A program made the position numbers and the translations under genes. The notes under the pieces are model-generated. The model was not told where the DNA came from and did no database searches. It saw only the letters and a program-made list of their open reading frames with translations. From Aquamicrobium sp. (GTDB lineage Bacteria > Pseudomonadota > Alphaproteobacteria > Rhizobiales > Rhizobiaceae): a stretch of DNA of 64,000 bases. Positions 30,817-40,694 of this stretch are shown one piece after another. Within the stretch, counting starts at the first letter, position 1, and the number at the start of each line of letters is the position of its first letter. The stretch lies in the NCBI RefSeq assembly GCF_023954335.1, contig NZ_JAMLIE010000005.1:30965-94964 (forward strand). Direction: 5' to 3'.

Positions 30817-33800
30817 ATGGCGGCACGGTTTTCTTTCACGGCGGGCGTGTTGCTCGCGCGTTCCCTCGGGGCGGCGATGCTGGCGGCCGGCGCGGCGATC
30901 CTGCCGGCGCAGGCGCAGGACGGCTTCCGCTGGGTGGCCGAGCCCCGCTTCGAGGACGCCGGCGCGGCCTTCGGCGGCGTGGTGCCGCTGCGCGAGGGCG
31001 AGCGCTGGGGCCTGATGGGCGCGGACGGCGCATGGGCGGCGCAGCCGATGTTCGAGGCGGTGGGCCGCAGCGGAGGCGAGCGCATCGCCGTGCGCCTCGC
31101 CGGCAAGTGGGGCGTCGCCGACGCCGCCGGCCGGCTGGTCGTGCCGCCGCTCTACGACGAGATCGGCACGCCCTCCGAGGTGACGCCCGTGCGGCTGGAC
31201 GGGCGCTGGATCGCGCTCGACGGCGCCGGCGCGCAGCTTCAGGGCGACATCCCCATCGACACGCTCGCCGGCAATGACGGCACCTGCATCGCCGGCCTGA
31301 AGGACGGCGTGCCGGTGGTGGACGAGCGCGGCGGCACGCCGCGCGTCACCGTCGGCGACAGGCCGGCCGCCATCCGCCGCCCGTCCGAGGGGCGCGTCGC
31401 GGTCGAGCAGGGCGACGGCTGGGGTGACGTCTATTGCGGCGCGCCGAGCCTTCAGGCCCATCCGACCTTCGAGGAATTGCGGCCGTTCTCCAACGATTTC
31501 GCCGCCGCGCGGCGCGACGGCGTCTGGGGCTACATCTCGCGCTACAGCACCTCGTGGGAGTTCACGCCGCGCTTCACCGCCGCGCGGGAGTTCGCCGACG
31601 GCCTCGCCCCCGTCCAGATCGAGGGCGGCCTGTGGGGCTACGTCAACCCGTTCGGCGACATGGCGATCGAGGCGCGCTTCACCGAGGCCTACAGCTTCTC
31701 CGACGGGCTCGCCGGCATCCGCGACGGCGAGCTGCGCGGCTTCGTCGCTACCGACGGCACGGTCGCGGTCGCGCCGCAGTTCGAGGATTTCTGGCGTCAC
31801 GCGCGGGGCCTCGCCCCGGTCAAGCTCGGCGGCCTGTGGGGCGTCATCGCGCCGGACGCCACCGCCGCGCCCGGCCATCTCGACCTGCCGCTGGCCGCCC
31901 TGCGCGCCGAGGGGCCGGCGCAGGCGGAATTCTCCGTCCTCCCCTCGGTGCCGCATCTTTACTTCACGCAGGACTACGCCTCGTTCCACAGCCTGTGGGC
32001 CGACCCGGCGGGCGAGTTGCTCGTCACCACGCTGAACGAGCCGCAGGGCGAGATCGAGGTTGGCGTCTGGGACCTGCGCAGCGGCCGGCTGGTGCGCAAG
32101 GTCGCCGCGCCCGAGGCGAGCCAGTCGCTGATGCTGCCCGGCAACGACCTCCTCGCCATCGGCCTGCGCACCGGGCATCTGGCGCTCACCGACCCGGTGA
32201 GCGGGCGCGAGCGCCACCGGCTGAAGCCGTTCGACGGCGCCGTCATCGCGCTCGCCTCGTCGGCCGACGGCAGGCTCCTTGCCGGCACGGACGGCGCCCG
32301 CATCGCGATCTGGTCGCAGGAAAGCGGCGCGCTCCTTCACCGCTTCGACGGCAAGGCCGTGGCGCTCAGTTTCTCCGCCGACGGCAGCCAGCTCTTCGGC
32401 GGCACCCGCTATGGCGGCATGACGATATGGCAGACCGATACCGGCGCGCCGTTCCTCGCCTTGCCCGACCAGCCGCTGGAGGGCGAGACCGTCTGGGATT
32501 CCGAGGGTCTCAGCGCGGCGGTCCCCACCGTCGCCGTCTCGCAGGACGGCGCGGTCGCCGCGCTGCGCACCGTCTCGCTTCAGGGCGCGGACGGCTTCTT
32601 CGCCACCTCCCACTCGGTCACGCTGACGCGGCCGACCGCGCGGCGGACGATCCCGATCGACCCGCCGCTGCGCGACATTCTCGGCCTTTCCCTCTCCGGC
32701 GACGGCGCGCTGCTCGCCTTGTCGGGCCTCACCCCCGACGGCGACGAGACCACGGTGCTCGATCTCTACGACGCGGCAAGCGGCGAGCGGATCGCCCGCC
32801 ATTCGCTGTGGGAGGCGGCGGACGCCGAGGGCCGCGCCATCGACAGACTGATTGTCTCGGCCGACCGGCTGGGCTTCCTGCCCGACGGCGACCTGATGAT
32901 CGTCGGCGAGGGCGGGCAGGACATCCTGCGCATCGAGCCGCGCTCCGGCCGCGTCGAGGCGGTGATCGGCGAGCCGCTCGCCTTCCTCGCCACGCCCCAG
33001 AACGGCGGCGGGCAGAAGCTCTTCCTGTTCGAGGGGGACGAAGGCACGGTCGCGCTGTTCGACCTCGCCACCGGTGAGCTGCGCCGTCTTGCGCAATTCG
33101 GCGGCTTTTCCACTGAGACCCTGTTCTACGAGATCGACGACATGCTGGTCATCCACGACGTCGTCTTCGACAGGCTGGTGGCGCTCGACGCCGCCACCTT
33201 CGCGGAGCGCGCCCTGACGCCCGAGGAGCATGCCGCGCTGCTGCCGCGGCTCGACGCGCTATGGAACGTAGAGATCACGCCCGAGCTCACCGCGCGCTTC
33301 CAGTCGCCTCCGGGCGTGCGCGAGGCCGGGCACGTCGTCGACGGCGGGCGCATCGGCGTGGTCCGCGACGAGGACAACAGCCTGCGCGTCTTCGACCTCG
33401 AGCGGCAGGAGCTGCTGGTGCGGCTGATGATGACCCGCGCCGGCGAATGGGTGGCGCTGACGCCCGAGGGCTTCTTCGCCGGCACGGCCGAGGGCGCGAA
33501 GATGGTGTCCGTCGCCCACGGGCTCGGCGCGTTCTCCATCGACCAGGTCTATCAGGCGCTCTACCGGCCCGACCTCGTGCGCGAGAAGCTGGCCGGCGAC
33601 CCGGACGGCCTCGTCGCCGCGGCGGCGGGGCAGCTCAACCTTGCCGTGGTGCTCGATTCCGGCCCCGCGCCGCGCATCCGCTTCGACGGCCTGCCGCAGC
33701 GCGGCGAGGCGGCCGACGAGGTGATCGAGATGCGCGCCTCGCTGTTCGACGCCGGCGGCGGCATCGGCCGCGTCGAGTGGCGCGTCAACGGCCGCACGGT

Positions 33801-35007
33801 CGACGTGCGCGCCCGCGGGGCGGCGCCGATCGCGCCGTCCGGCGGCCATGAGGTCGCGGCACGGCTGGTGCTCGACCCCGGCGACAACCTGGTCGAGCTC
33901 GTCGCCTACAACGCCGCCGACCTGATCGCCTCGCCGCCGGCGACGGCGCTGGTGCGGTGGGACGGCGTCGCCAGCAGCGAGCCGCCGCGGCTGCACGTCC
34001 TCACCGTCGGCGTCAACGACTATGCGGACGGGCGGCTGAAGCTCAACTTCGCCGCCGCCGACGCCAGGGCCCTCGCCGCGGCGATGACGCAGACGGGCGA
34101 GGCCATCTACGCCTCGGTCGAGGTGACGACGCTGCTCGATAACGAGGTGACGGCGGCGGGGCTGGAGGCCGCGTTCGCGGGCCTGTCGCAGGCCGTGCAG
34201 CCGCAGGACGTGTTCGTCTTCTTCCTCGCCGGCCACGGCAAGACGCTGGAGGGCGAGTATTTCTACCTGCCGCAGGATTTCCGCTTCGCCGGCGGCGATC
34301 CGGTGCGCGAGTTCGGGCTGGGCCAGGACCGGCTCCAGGAATGGGTGGCGCGGATCGCGGCGCGCAAGTCGGTGCTGATCTTCGACACCTGCGAGAGCGG
34401 GTCGCTGACGCTCGCCGGCCTGCGCGGCGTCGACGCGGCGCTGGCGCAGTCGGCGGCGGTGGCGCGGCTGACCCGGGCGACCGGCCGCACCATCCTGTCG
34501 GCCGCCACCGACACCGAGCCGGCGCTGGAGGGCTATCGCGGCCACGGCGTGCTCACCTACGCGCTGCTCGACGGCTTCGACGCCGCCGACGCAAACGCCA
34601 ACGGCACCATCGAGGTGACGGAGCTCGCCGCCTTCGTCGACGCGCAGGTGCCCGACATCAGCACCCGCGCCTTCGGCTTCCGGCAGGTGCCGCAGATGTC
34701 GATCCGCGGCAGCGACTTCCCCGTGGTGCGCCAGTCGAGGGTGCTGGCCGGCGGCGAGCCCGCCGCGCCGCGCTATCCCGAGACGATCACCCATGTCGCG
34801 ACCGGCGGCACGGTCGTCCACGACGCACCGGGCGGCAACCCGGTGATGGAGGTGCCGGCCGGCGTCTTCTTCGGCGTCCACCTGATCGCCGAGGAAGGCG
34901 GCTGGGCGCATGTCGCCCGCGAGGGGCTGGCGCTCGGCTATGTCCGCTCCGAGGCGCTGATGCGCCTGCAATACGCGTCCGCCCCGGCGTGGCGGGCTAC
35001 AGCCTGA
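30817..35007 (+). CDS. Secreted WG-repeat + WD40 + Ig-like + peptidase C14 (caspase-like) + SH3-like protein
   Basis: Signal peptide; repeated WG[YLV] motifs; beta-propeller repeats; ALTPEGFF...YRPDLV linker; caspase dyad LAGHG and FDTCESG; C-terminal GW.HV...GYV. Confidence 0.85.
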   Translation: MAARFSFTAGVLLARSLGAAMLAAGAAILPAQAQDGFRWVAEPRFEDAGAAFGGVVPLREGERWGLMGADGAWAAQPMFEAVGRSGGERIAVRLAGKWGVADAAGRLVVPPLYDEIGTPSEVTPVRLDGRWIALDGAGAQLQGDIPIDTLAGNDGTCIAGLKDGVPVVDERGGTPRVTVGDRPAAIRRPSEGRVAVEQGDGWGDVYCGAPSLQAHPTFEELRPFSNDFAAARRDGVWGYISRYSTSWEFTPRFTAAREFADGLAPVQIEGGLWGYVNPFGDMAIEARFTEAYSFSDGLAGIRDGELRGFVATDGTVAVAPQFEDFWRHARGLAPVKLGGLWGVIAPDATAAPGHLDLPLAALRAEGPAQAEFSVLPSVPHLYFTQDYASFHSLWADPAGELLVTTLNEPQGEIEVGVWDLRSGRLVRKVAAPEASQSLMLPGNDLLAIGLRTGHLALTDPVSGRERHRLKPFDGAVIALASSADGRLLAGTDGARIAIWSQESGALLHRFDGKAVALSFSADGSQLFGGTRYGGMTIWQTDTGAPFLALPDQPLEGETVWDSEGLSAAVPTVAVSQDGAVAALRTVSLQGADGFFATSHSVTLTRPTARRTIPIDPPLRDILGLSLSGDGALLALSGLTPDGDETTVLDLYDAASGERIARHSLWEAADAEGRAIDRLIVSADRLGFLPDGDLMIVGEGGQDILRIEPRSGRVEAVIGEPLAFLATPQNGGGQKLFLFEGDEGTVALFDLATGELRRLAQFGGFSTETLFYEIDDMLVIHDVVFDRLVALDAATFAERALTPEEHAALLPRLDALWNVEITPELTARFQSPPGVREAGHVVDGGRIGVVRDEDNSLRVFDLERQELLVRLMMTRAGEWVALTPEGFFAGTAEGAKMVSVAHGLGAFSIDQVYQALYRPDLVREKLAGDPDGLVAAAAGQLNLAVVLDSGPAPRIRFDGLPQRGEAADEVIEMRASLFDAGGGIGRVEWRVNGRTVDVRARGAAPIAPSGGHEVAARLVLDPGDNLVELVAYNAADLIASPPATALVRWDGVASSEPPRLHVLTVGVNDYADGRLKLNFAAADARALAAAMTQTGEAIYASVEVTTLLDNEVTAAGLEAAFAGLSQAVQPQDVFVFFLAGHGKTLEGEYFYLPQDFRFAGGDPVREFGLGQDRLQEWVARIAARKSVLIFDTCESGSLTLAGLRGVDAALAQSAAVARLTRATGRTILSAATDTEPALEGYRGHGVLTYALLDGFDAADANANGTIEVTELAAFVDAQVPDISTRAFGFRQVPQMSIRGSDFPVVRQSRVLAGGEPAAPRYPETITHVATGGTVVHDAPGGNPVMEVPAGVFFGVHLIAEEGGWAHVAREGLALGYVRSEALMRLQYASAPAWRATA

Positions 35008-35992
35008 CGAGCGACTGGTGGGCGCAGCGGAACGAGCCGCCGACGCGATAGACCGCCTCGTAGGGCGTGCGGATCACCTCGATGCCGCGCCGCTTCAATT
35101 CGCCGGCCACGAAATCGTGCGGCTCCTCCGAGGGCATCATCACCGTGCGCTCGTCGAGGACGAGGTTGTTGCAGGCGAGATGGCGCTTGGCCGCCTCCTT
35201 GCCGACGACGATGCGGTCCCAGTCGCGGATATGCGCCGGCAGTCCCTCGACGAACGCCTCCTCGCAGGCCACGACCAACCCCTCGCGCGGCGTCATCAGC
35301 ACGCAGTCGAGATGCGGGAACAGCCCGTCGAGCCGCACCATCTCGACGTCGTACTCGCCGCCGAGCGCGTGCTGGAGCCAGCGCGCGCCTTCCGGGTTGG
35401 AGCAGTTGCCCGAGTGGCCGACGAGGATCTTCCTGCCGAGGACGAAGATGTCACCGCCCTCGAGATAGCCCCAGCCGGGGCCCTCGGCGCTGTCGTCCGC
35501 CCCCGAATCCGGCTGGGCGAAATAGCGCGCCCCGCGCTCCATGGTCGAGGCGAGGATGTGGCGGACGGAAAAGCGCTGGCGGCGGTGGAACAGCGAGCGC
35601 GGCGCCAGCTCGATGACGTTGTTGCCGATGGTGACGAACGGGTCGCGCAGCCACGGGGTCATGCAGCCGTGATGCTCGCCGCGGGGGAAGGAAAGGTTCG
35701 CCTCGCTGACCATGGCCGGCTGCTGCACGACGACGCCGAGGCTCTTCAGAATATCGACCGCGCCGTCGACCTGCGCCTTGAAGGCGGCGAAGTAGTCGGC
35801 GTCGGCCTCGGCGACGTGACGCCCCTGGTTGGCGACCCAGAAGCGCTCGAAGTCGCCATAGGCGCGCGCCTTGGAGTCGGCGAGGAACTTCGGGATGATG
35901 AACTGCTCGGCCCAGCCGTAGACGCATTCCTTCAACGCGCCCCACTCGGCGCTGACGCCGACGGGAAGCTGGCCACTCGCGGTGTTGTGCAT
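34997..35992 (-). CDS. Pentein amidinotransferase-like enzyme, copy 1
   Basis: SAEWGALKECVYG, WLRDP, EGGD, PHLDC, GGSFRC (Asp/His/Cys triad). Confidence 0.88.
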   Translation of the reverse strand: MHNTASGQLPVGVSAEWGALKECVYGWAEQFIIPKFLADSKARAYGDFERFWVANQGRHVAEADADYFAAFKAQVDGAVDILKSLGVVVQQPAMVSEANLSFPRGEHHGCMTPWLRDPFVTIGNNVIELAPRSLFHRRQRFSVRHILASTMERGARYFAQPDSGADDSAEGPGWGYLEGGDIFVLGRKILVGHSGNCSNPEGARWLQHALGGEYDVEMVRLDGLFPHLDCVLMTPREGLVVACEEAFVEGLPAHIRDWDRIVVGKEAAKRHLACNNLVLDERTVMMPSEEPHDFVAGELKRRGIEVIRTPYEAVYRVGGSFRCAHQSLVRL

Positions 35993-36023
35993 TCCATTCT
36001 CCTGCTTGGGCATCGCGCGCGGC

Positions 36024-36971
36024 TCACCGCATCTCGCGATCGTAGGGTTTTCCCGCCGCGGCGGGCGGGCGGGCCTGACCGATCAGCCCGACGAGGGCGA
36101 GGATGGCGATCAGATAGGGGAGCGCGGCGAAGATCTGGTACGGCACCTCGGGGTGCTGGAACTGCATGCGCAGCTGCAACGCGTCGAGAAGGCCGAACAG
36201 CAGGCAGGCGAGCAGCGCCAGCACAGGATTCCAGCGCCCGAGCACGATGGCGGCGAGGCCGATGAAGCCCTTGCCCGCGCTCATGTTGTCGGAGAACAGG
36301 AAGATCTGCGACAGGACGAGATAGGCCCCGCCCAGCGCGCAGATCGTCGACCCGGCGATGACGCACAGATAGCGCAGGGTGAAGACCGGCACGCCCGCCG
36401 CGTCGGCCGCGCCGGGGTTCTCGCCGATGGCGCGGATGTTCAGCCCGAGCTGGGTGCGGAACAGCACCACCTGCGTCACCACGACGACGGCGAGCATCAG
36501 GTAGAACAGGAGGTCCTGGTTGAACAGCACCCGCCCGACGACGGGGATGTCGGCAAGATAAGGAATCGCGACCGGCATGAAGCCTTCGAGCATCAGGCTG
36601 TTGCCGCCGCCCTCGAAGGCGATGCGCGACATGAACGAGGTGAAGCCGATCGAGAACAGGATGATGGCGATGCCGACGACGATCTGGTTGACGCGCAGGG
36701 TGATCGAGACATAGGCGAGCAGCACGCCCGACGCCGCGCCGACGAACAGGGTCGCGGCGAGGCCGCCGAAGGCGTTGCCGGTCAGGTGGGCGCCGAGCGC
36801 GGCGGCGAACGCGCCGAGCAGGAGCTGGCCTTCGAGCGCGATGTTGAAGACGCCGGCGCGCTCGCAGATCAGTCCGCCGATGGCGGCGAAGACGAGCGGC
36901 ACCGACAGGCGCAGCCCCGTCGCCAGAAACTCGCCGAGCTGGAAGGCGTTGAAGAGGAAATCGAACATCAT
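36024..36971 (-). CDS. Nucleoside/sugar-type ABC permease
   Basis: ERAGVFNIALEG, RAIGENP, GKGFIGLAAIVLGRWNP, LPY. Confidence 0.9.
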   Translation of the reverse strand: MMFDFLFNAFQLGEFLATGLRLSVPLVFAAIGGLICERAGVFNIALEGQLLLGAFAAALGAHLTGNAFGGLAATLFVGAASGVLLAYVSITLRVNQIVVGIAIILFSIGFTSFMSRIAFEGGGNSLMLEGFMPVAIPYLADIPVVGRVLFNQDLLFYLMLAVVVVTQVVLFRTQLGLNIRAIGENPGAADAAGVPVFTLRYLCVIAGSTICALGGAYLVLSQIFLFSDNMSAGKGFIGLAAIVLGRWNPVLALLACLLFGLLDALQLRMQFQHPEVPYQIFAALPYLIAILALVGLIGQARPPAAAGKPYDREMR

Positions 36972-38083
36972 GCCTTCTCCGCTTGGGCCGCGACGGCGGG
37001 CGCCTTGGCCGCGCGCCGGCCGGGCCGGTAGCGGAAGGCGAGTCCGACGGCGACGAACAGGACGATCAGCCCCTGCAGCGCCTCGACCATGGTGGTGTCG
37101 ACCCCGACCGCGCGCTGCATGATGCCGGCGCCGGATTGCAGGCCGGCGAGGAACAGCGCCGCCAGCACGGCAAAGAGCGGGCTGAGGCCGGCGAGGAAGG
37201 CGACGATGATGCCCTGCAGCCCGTAGCCGGGGCTGAAATGGTCGAACAGGCGGTATTTCAGGCCGATGACCTCGAACGTGCCGGCAAGGCCGGCCATCGC
37301 CCCGCCGATCAGGAACGAGGTGACGATCAGCCGGCGCACCCCGAGCCCGGAATAGGTGGCGACCGTTGGGTTGTGGCCGACGATCTCGATCGACTGGCCG
37401 AGCGTCGAGCGCTTCATGACGAGCGCGAGCACGAGCGCGGCGGCGACGGACAGGAGGATGCCGAGATGGGCCTGCGTCTGCGGCATGAACACCGGCAGCG
37501 CCCGCTCGGCCGCGATCTCGCGCGAGTAGGGATAGGGCGCGCCCGGCTCCATCAGCCACGAATGGATGATGACGCCGACGGCGTAGATGGCGACATGAGA
37601 CATCAGCAGCGAGGTGATGATCTCGTTGACGCCGCGATAGGCGCGCAGCAGCGCCGGGATCAGCGCCCACAGCGCGCCGCCGAGCGCGCCGGCGAGGATG
37701 GTGAGGACGATGGCGAGCGGGGCCGGGATGAAGTCAGGCAGATAGAGTGCAGCGACGGTGCCGAACAGCGCGCCGATATAGATCTGGCCCTCGCCGCCGA
37801 TGTTGAACAGGCCCGCGCGCAACGGCACGATGACCGCGAGTCCGGCGAGCAGAAGCGGCGACATGCGCACCAGCGTGCTGCCGAGGCCGTAATAGTCGAG
37901 GAAGGCGCCGGAGAAGAGCGCCGCATAGGTGTCGATCGGGTTGGCGCCCGCCAGCAGCACCAGCCCCGCGCCGACGACGAGCGCGGCGAGGATCGCCCAA
38001 ACGCTCTTCAGCATGTAGGCCAGCCGCAGGACGGTCCCGGACACGGAATTCCCGGACATGGAGTTCCCGGACGTGGAATTCAT
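36968..38083 (-). CDS. Nucleoside/sugar-type ABC permease
   Basis: GLFNIGGEGQ, VNEIITSL, GYGLQGIIVAFLA. Confidence 0.9.
   Translation of the reverse strand: MNSTSGNSMSGNSVSGTVLRLAYMLKSVWAILAALVVGAGLVLLAGANPIDTYAALFSGAFLDYYGLGSTLVRMSPLLLAGLAVIVPLRAGLFNIGGEGQIYIGALFGTVAALYLPDFIPAPLAIVLTILAGALGGALWALIPALLRAYRGVNEIITSLLMSHVAIYAVGVIIHSWLMEPGAPYPYSREIAAERALPVFMPQTQAHLGILLSVAAALVLALVMKRSTLGQSIEIVGHNPTVATYSGLGVRRLIVTSFLIGGAMAGLAGTFEVIGLKYRLFDHFSPGYGLQGIIVAFLAGLSPLFAVLAALFLAGLQSGAGIMQRAVGVDTTMVEALQGLIVLFVAVGLAFRYRPGRRAAKAPAVAAQAEKA
38035..38079. repeat. 3 x 15-bp tandem repeat at the permease 5' end
   Basis: TCCCGGACACGGAAT / TCCCGGACATGGAGT / TCCCGGACGTGGAAT, encoding NSTSG-NSMSG-NSVSG. Confidence 0.8.
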
Positions 38084-39603
38084 TGGGCTACCCCCGCCAT
38101 CATGAGGCCGAGCCGCTGCGAGGTGGCCTCGCCGCGCGCGATGTTGCCGACCACCTTGCCCTTGGAGATCACCGCGACCCGGTCGGCGACCTGGAGCAGG
38201 TCCTCCAGCTCCGTCGAGATGTAGAGGATGGCGCAGCCGCGCTCGCGCTGGGCGAGCAGCGTCTTCTGCACGAACTCTATCGCCCCGATGTCGAGGCCCT
38301 TGGTCGGCTGCGAGACGACGAGGACGTCGGGCTCGTCCTCGATCTCGCGCGCGAGGATGATCTTCTGCTGGTTGCCGCCGGAAAGGTCGCGCACGGCCTG
38401 CGCGATGCCGCGCATGCGCACGTCGTAGCGCCGGGCGAGGTCCTTCGCATGGCTGTCGATGGCGGCGAAGTTCATCCAGCCCGCGCGCGAGAACGGCCTG
38501 GAGCGGAAGCTCCGCAGCACCATGTTCAGCGCGACGCTACTGTCGAGGTCGAGGCCCATGCGCTGCCGGTCCTCCGGCACGAAGCCCATGCGCAGCCTGT
38601 TCTTGCGCGCGGCGGGGCCGAAGCCGCGCACGTCGGTGCCGTCGATCTCGATCGAGCCGCCGGCGATCGCGCACACGCCGCCGATGGCCTCGGCGAGCTC
38701 CTTCTGGCCGTTACCGTCGACGCCGGCGAGGCCGAGTATCTCACCCTGGCGCACCTCGAGCGAGAGGCCGTCGACGGCGGCAAGGCCGCGCTCGCCCATG
38801 ACGGTGAGGTCGCTGATCCTCAGCATGGTCCTGCCGGGATTGGCCGGCGACTTGGTCAGCTCCGAGGTGATGTCGCGGCCGACCATCAGCCGCGCCAGCT
38901 CGCGCGCGTCGGTGTCGGCGGTCCGCATCGTCGCCACCACCTTGCCGGCGCGCATCACGGTGATGTCGTCCGACATGCTCAGCACCTCGTCGAACTTGTG
39001 GGTGATGAGGATGATGGTGCGGCCGCTCTCCTTCAGCCGGCGCAGGAGGGCGAAGAACGGGCCGACCTCGCTCGGCGTCAGCACGCTGGTCGGCTCGTCG
39101 AGGATGAGCAGGTCGGCGTTGCGGTAGAGCAGCTTCAGGATCTCGACCCGCTGCTGCATGCCGACCGGCAGCCGCCAGACCGGCTCGTCGGGATCGATCT
39201 CGAAGCCCAGCTCGGCGGCGAGCTCGACGATGCGGGCGCGGTGGCGCTGAAGGTCGAGAAAGCCGCTTCCCGGCAGGCCGATGACGATGTTCTCGACCAC
39301 GGTCATGGTGTCGACCTGCTTGAAATGCTGGTGGACCATGCCGATGCCGAGGGCCAGCGCATGGCGCGGGCTGGCAATCCCGGCCTCCCGGCCGCGGACG
39401 AGGATCGTTCCCGCGTCGGGCTGGTAGAGGCCGTAGATGATGTTCATCAGCGTCGACTTGCCGGCGCCGTTCTCGCCGAGGATGGCATGCACCGACCCTT
39501 CGGCGACGGAGACGTCGACCGCGTCGTTGGCGCAGAACGTCCCGAAGCGCTTGACGACGCCGCGCAGCGCCAGGCGATAGTGCTTGTCGTTCGGCAGGGT
39601 CAT
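38080..39603 (-). CDS. Double-domain ABC ATPase (CUT2/nucleoside type)
   Basis: GENGAGKS, GIGMVHQHF, DEPT, LSGGNQQK. Confidence 0.93.
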   Translation of the reverse strand: MTLPNDKHYRLALRGVVKRFGTFCANDAVDVSVAEGSVHAILGENGAGKSTLMNIIYGLYQPDAGTILVRGREAGIASPRHALALGIGMVHQHFKQVDTMTVVENIVIGLPGSGFLDLQRHRARIVELAAELGFEIDPDEPVWRLPVGMQQRVEILKLLYRNADLLILDEPTSVLTPSEVGPFFALLRRLKESGRTIILITHKFDEVLSMSDDITVMRAGKVVATMRTADTDARELARLMVGRDITSELTKSPANPGRTMLRISDLTVMGERGLAAVDGLSLEVRQGEILGLAGVDGNGQKELAEAIGGVCAIAGGSIEIDGTDVRGFGPAARKNRLRMGFVPEDRQRMGLDLDSSVALNMVLRSFRSRPFSRAGWMNFAAIDSHAKDLARRYDVRMRGIAQAVRDLSGGNQQKIILAREIEDEPDVLVVSQPTKGLDIGAIEFVQKTLLAQRERGCAILYISTELEDLLQVADRVAVISKGKVVGNIARGEATSQRLGLMMAGVAQ

Positions 39604-39682
39604 GGTCCTTCCTTCACGCGAAGGGCGAGCGAAAGGGCGGCCGTCCTCGCGAAAGGCCGCCCCTTGCGTCTTCCGGCGGTGG

Positions 39683-40657
39683 CTACTGCGCCGCGCCGGG
39701 CTTGAGCGAGCCGTCCTTCATCGCGGCGATGGCCGCCTCGACCTGCGCCTTGACCTCGTCGGACACGCCGGCGTTGAAGCCGCCGAGCTTGCCGGCGTCG
39801 GTGCCGATGCCGAAGCGGTAGTCGTGCGCCTCGAGCTCGCCCTTCTTGGCGAGGTCGATCGCCATGTAGAGCGCGCCGCCGAAATCGAGGATGGTCGAGA
39901 CGAGGTTCTCGTCCGGGTACGGGATCGACAGGTCGGAGACGACGCCGACGACATGGACGGAGCGCTGCTTGGCCGCCTGCACCACGCCGAGGAAGCCGCC
40001 GTCGAGATAGGGCAGCATCACGTCCGCGCCCTGCGAGACCATGTTGAGGCTCGCCTCCTTGGCCTTGGCGATGTCGGCCCAGTCGTTGGTGTAGGCGATC
40101 AGCACCTTGCCGTCGGGATTGGCCGCCTCGACGCCGGCGCGGTAGCCGGCGACGATCTGGTCGAAGGCCGGCACCTGCTGGGCCGACAGCGCGCCGACGA
40201 TGCCGCTCTTGCTCATGTGGCCGGCGGTGAGGCCGAGGACGTAGCCGAACTGCTCGTTCTCGAAATTGATGGTCGCGACGCCCTCGGTCGGCGCGCCGTT
40301 CAGCACCAGCACCTTGGCGTCCGGGAACTGCGCGGCGACGCGCTTGGCGGCGTCGGTGTACTCGGCGCCGGCGCCGACGATGACGTTGTAGCCGCGCCGG
40401 GCGTAGTCGGACATCACCTCGACCTGCGAAGGCTGCGGCACCTTCTCGGTATAGGCGGTCTCGACGCCGAGCTCGCCCTTGATCCGCTCGATGCCCTCGA
40501 AGACGTTCTGGTTGAACGCCTTGTCGTTGACGAGGCCCGGCAGGATGACCGCGACCTTGAGGTCGTCGGCCTGGACGGCGGTGGCCATGACGGAGGCAGC
40601 GCCCAGGACGAGCCCTGCCAGCATTCCAGCTATCTTTCGAGACATTTCGTTCCTCAT
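39683..40657 (-). CDS. BMP-family ABC substrate-binding protein
   Basis: Signal peptide, DKAFNQ, FENEQFGY..G, GADV. Confidence 0.9.
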   Translation of the reverse strand: MRNEMSRKIAGMLAGLVLGAASVMATAVQADDLKVAVILPGLVNDKAFNQNVFEGIERIKGELGVETAYTEKVPQPSQVEVMSDYARRGYNVIVGAGAEYTDAAKRVAAQFPDAKVLVLNGAPTEGVATINFENEQFGYVLGLTAGHMSKSGIVGALSAQQVPAFDQIVAGYRAGVEAANPDGKVLIAYTNDWADIAKAKEASLNMVSQGADVMLPYLDGGFLGVVQAAKQRSVHVVGVVSDLSIPYPDENLVSTILDFGGALYMAIDLAKKGELEAHDYRFGIGTDAGKLGGFNAGVSDEVKAQVEAAIAAMKDGSLKPGAAQ

Positions 40658-40694
40658 TGTTTTGCGTGTGACGCGTTCGATTGGGGCATGATCG

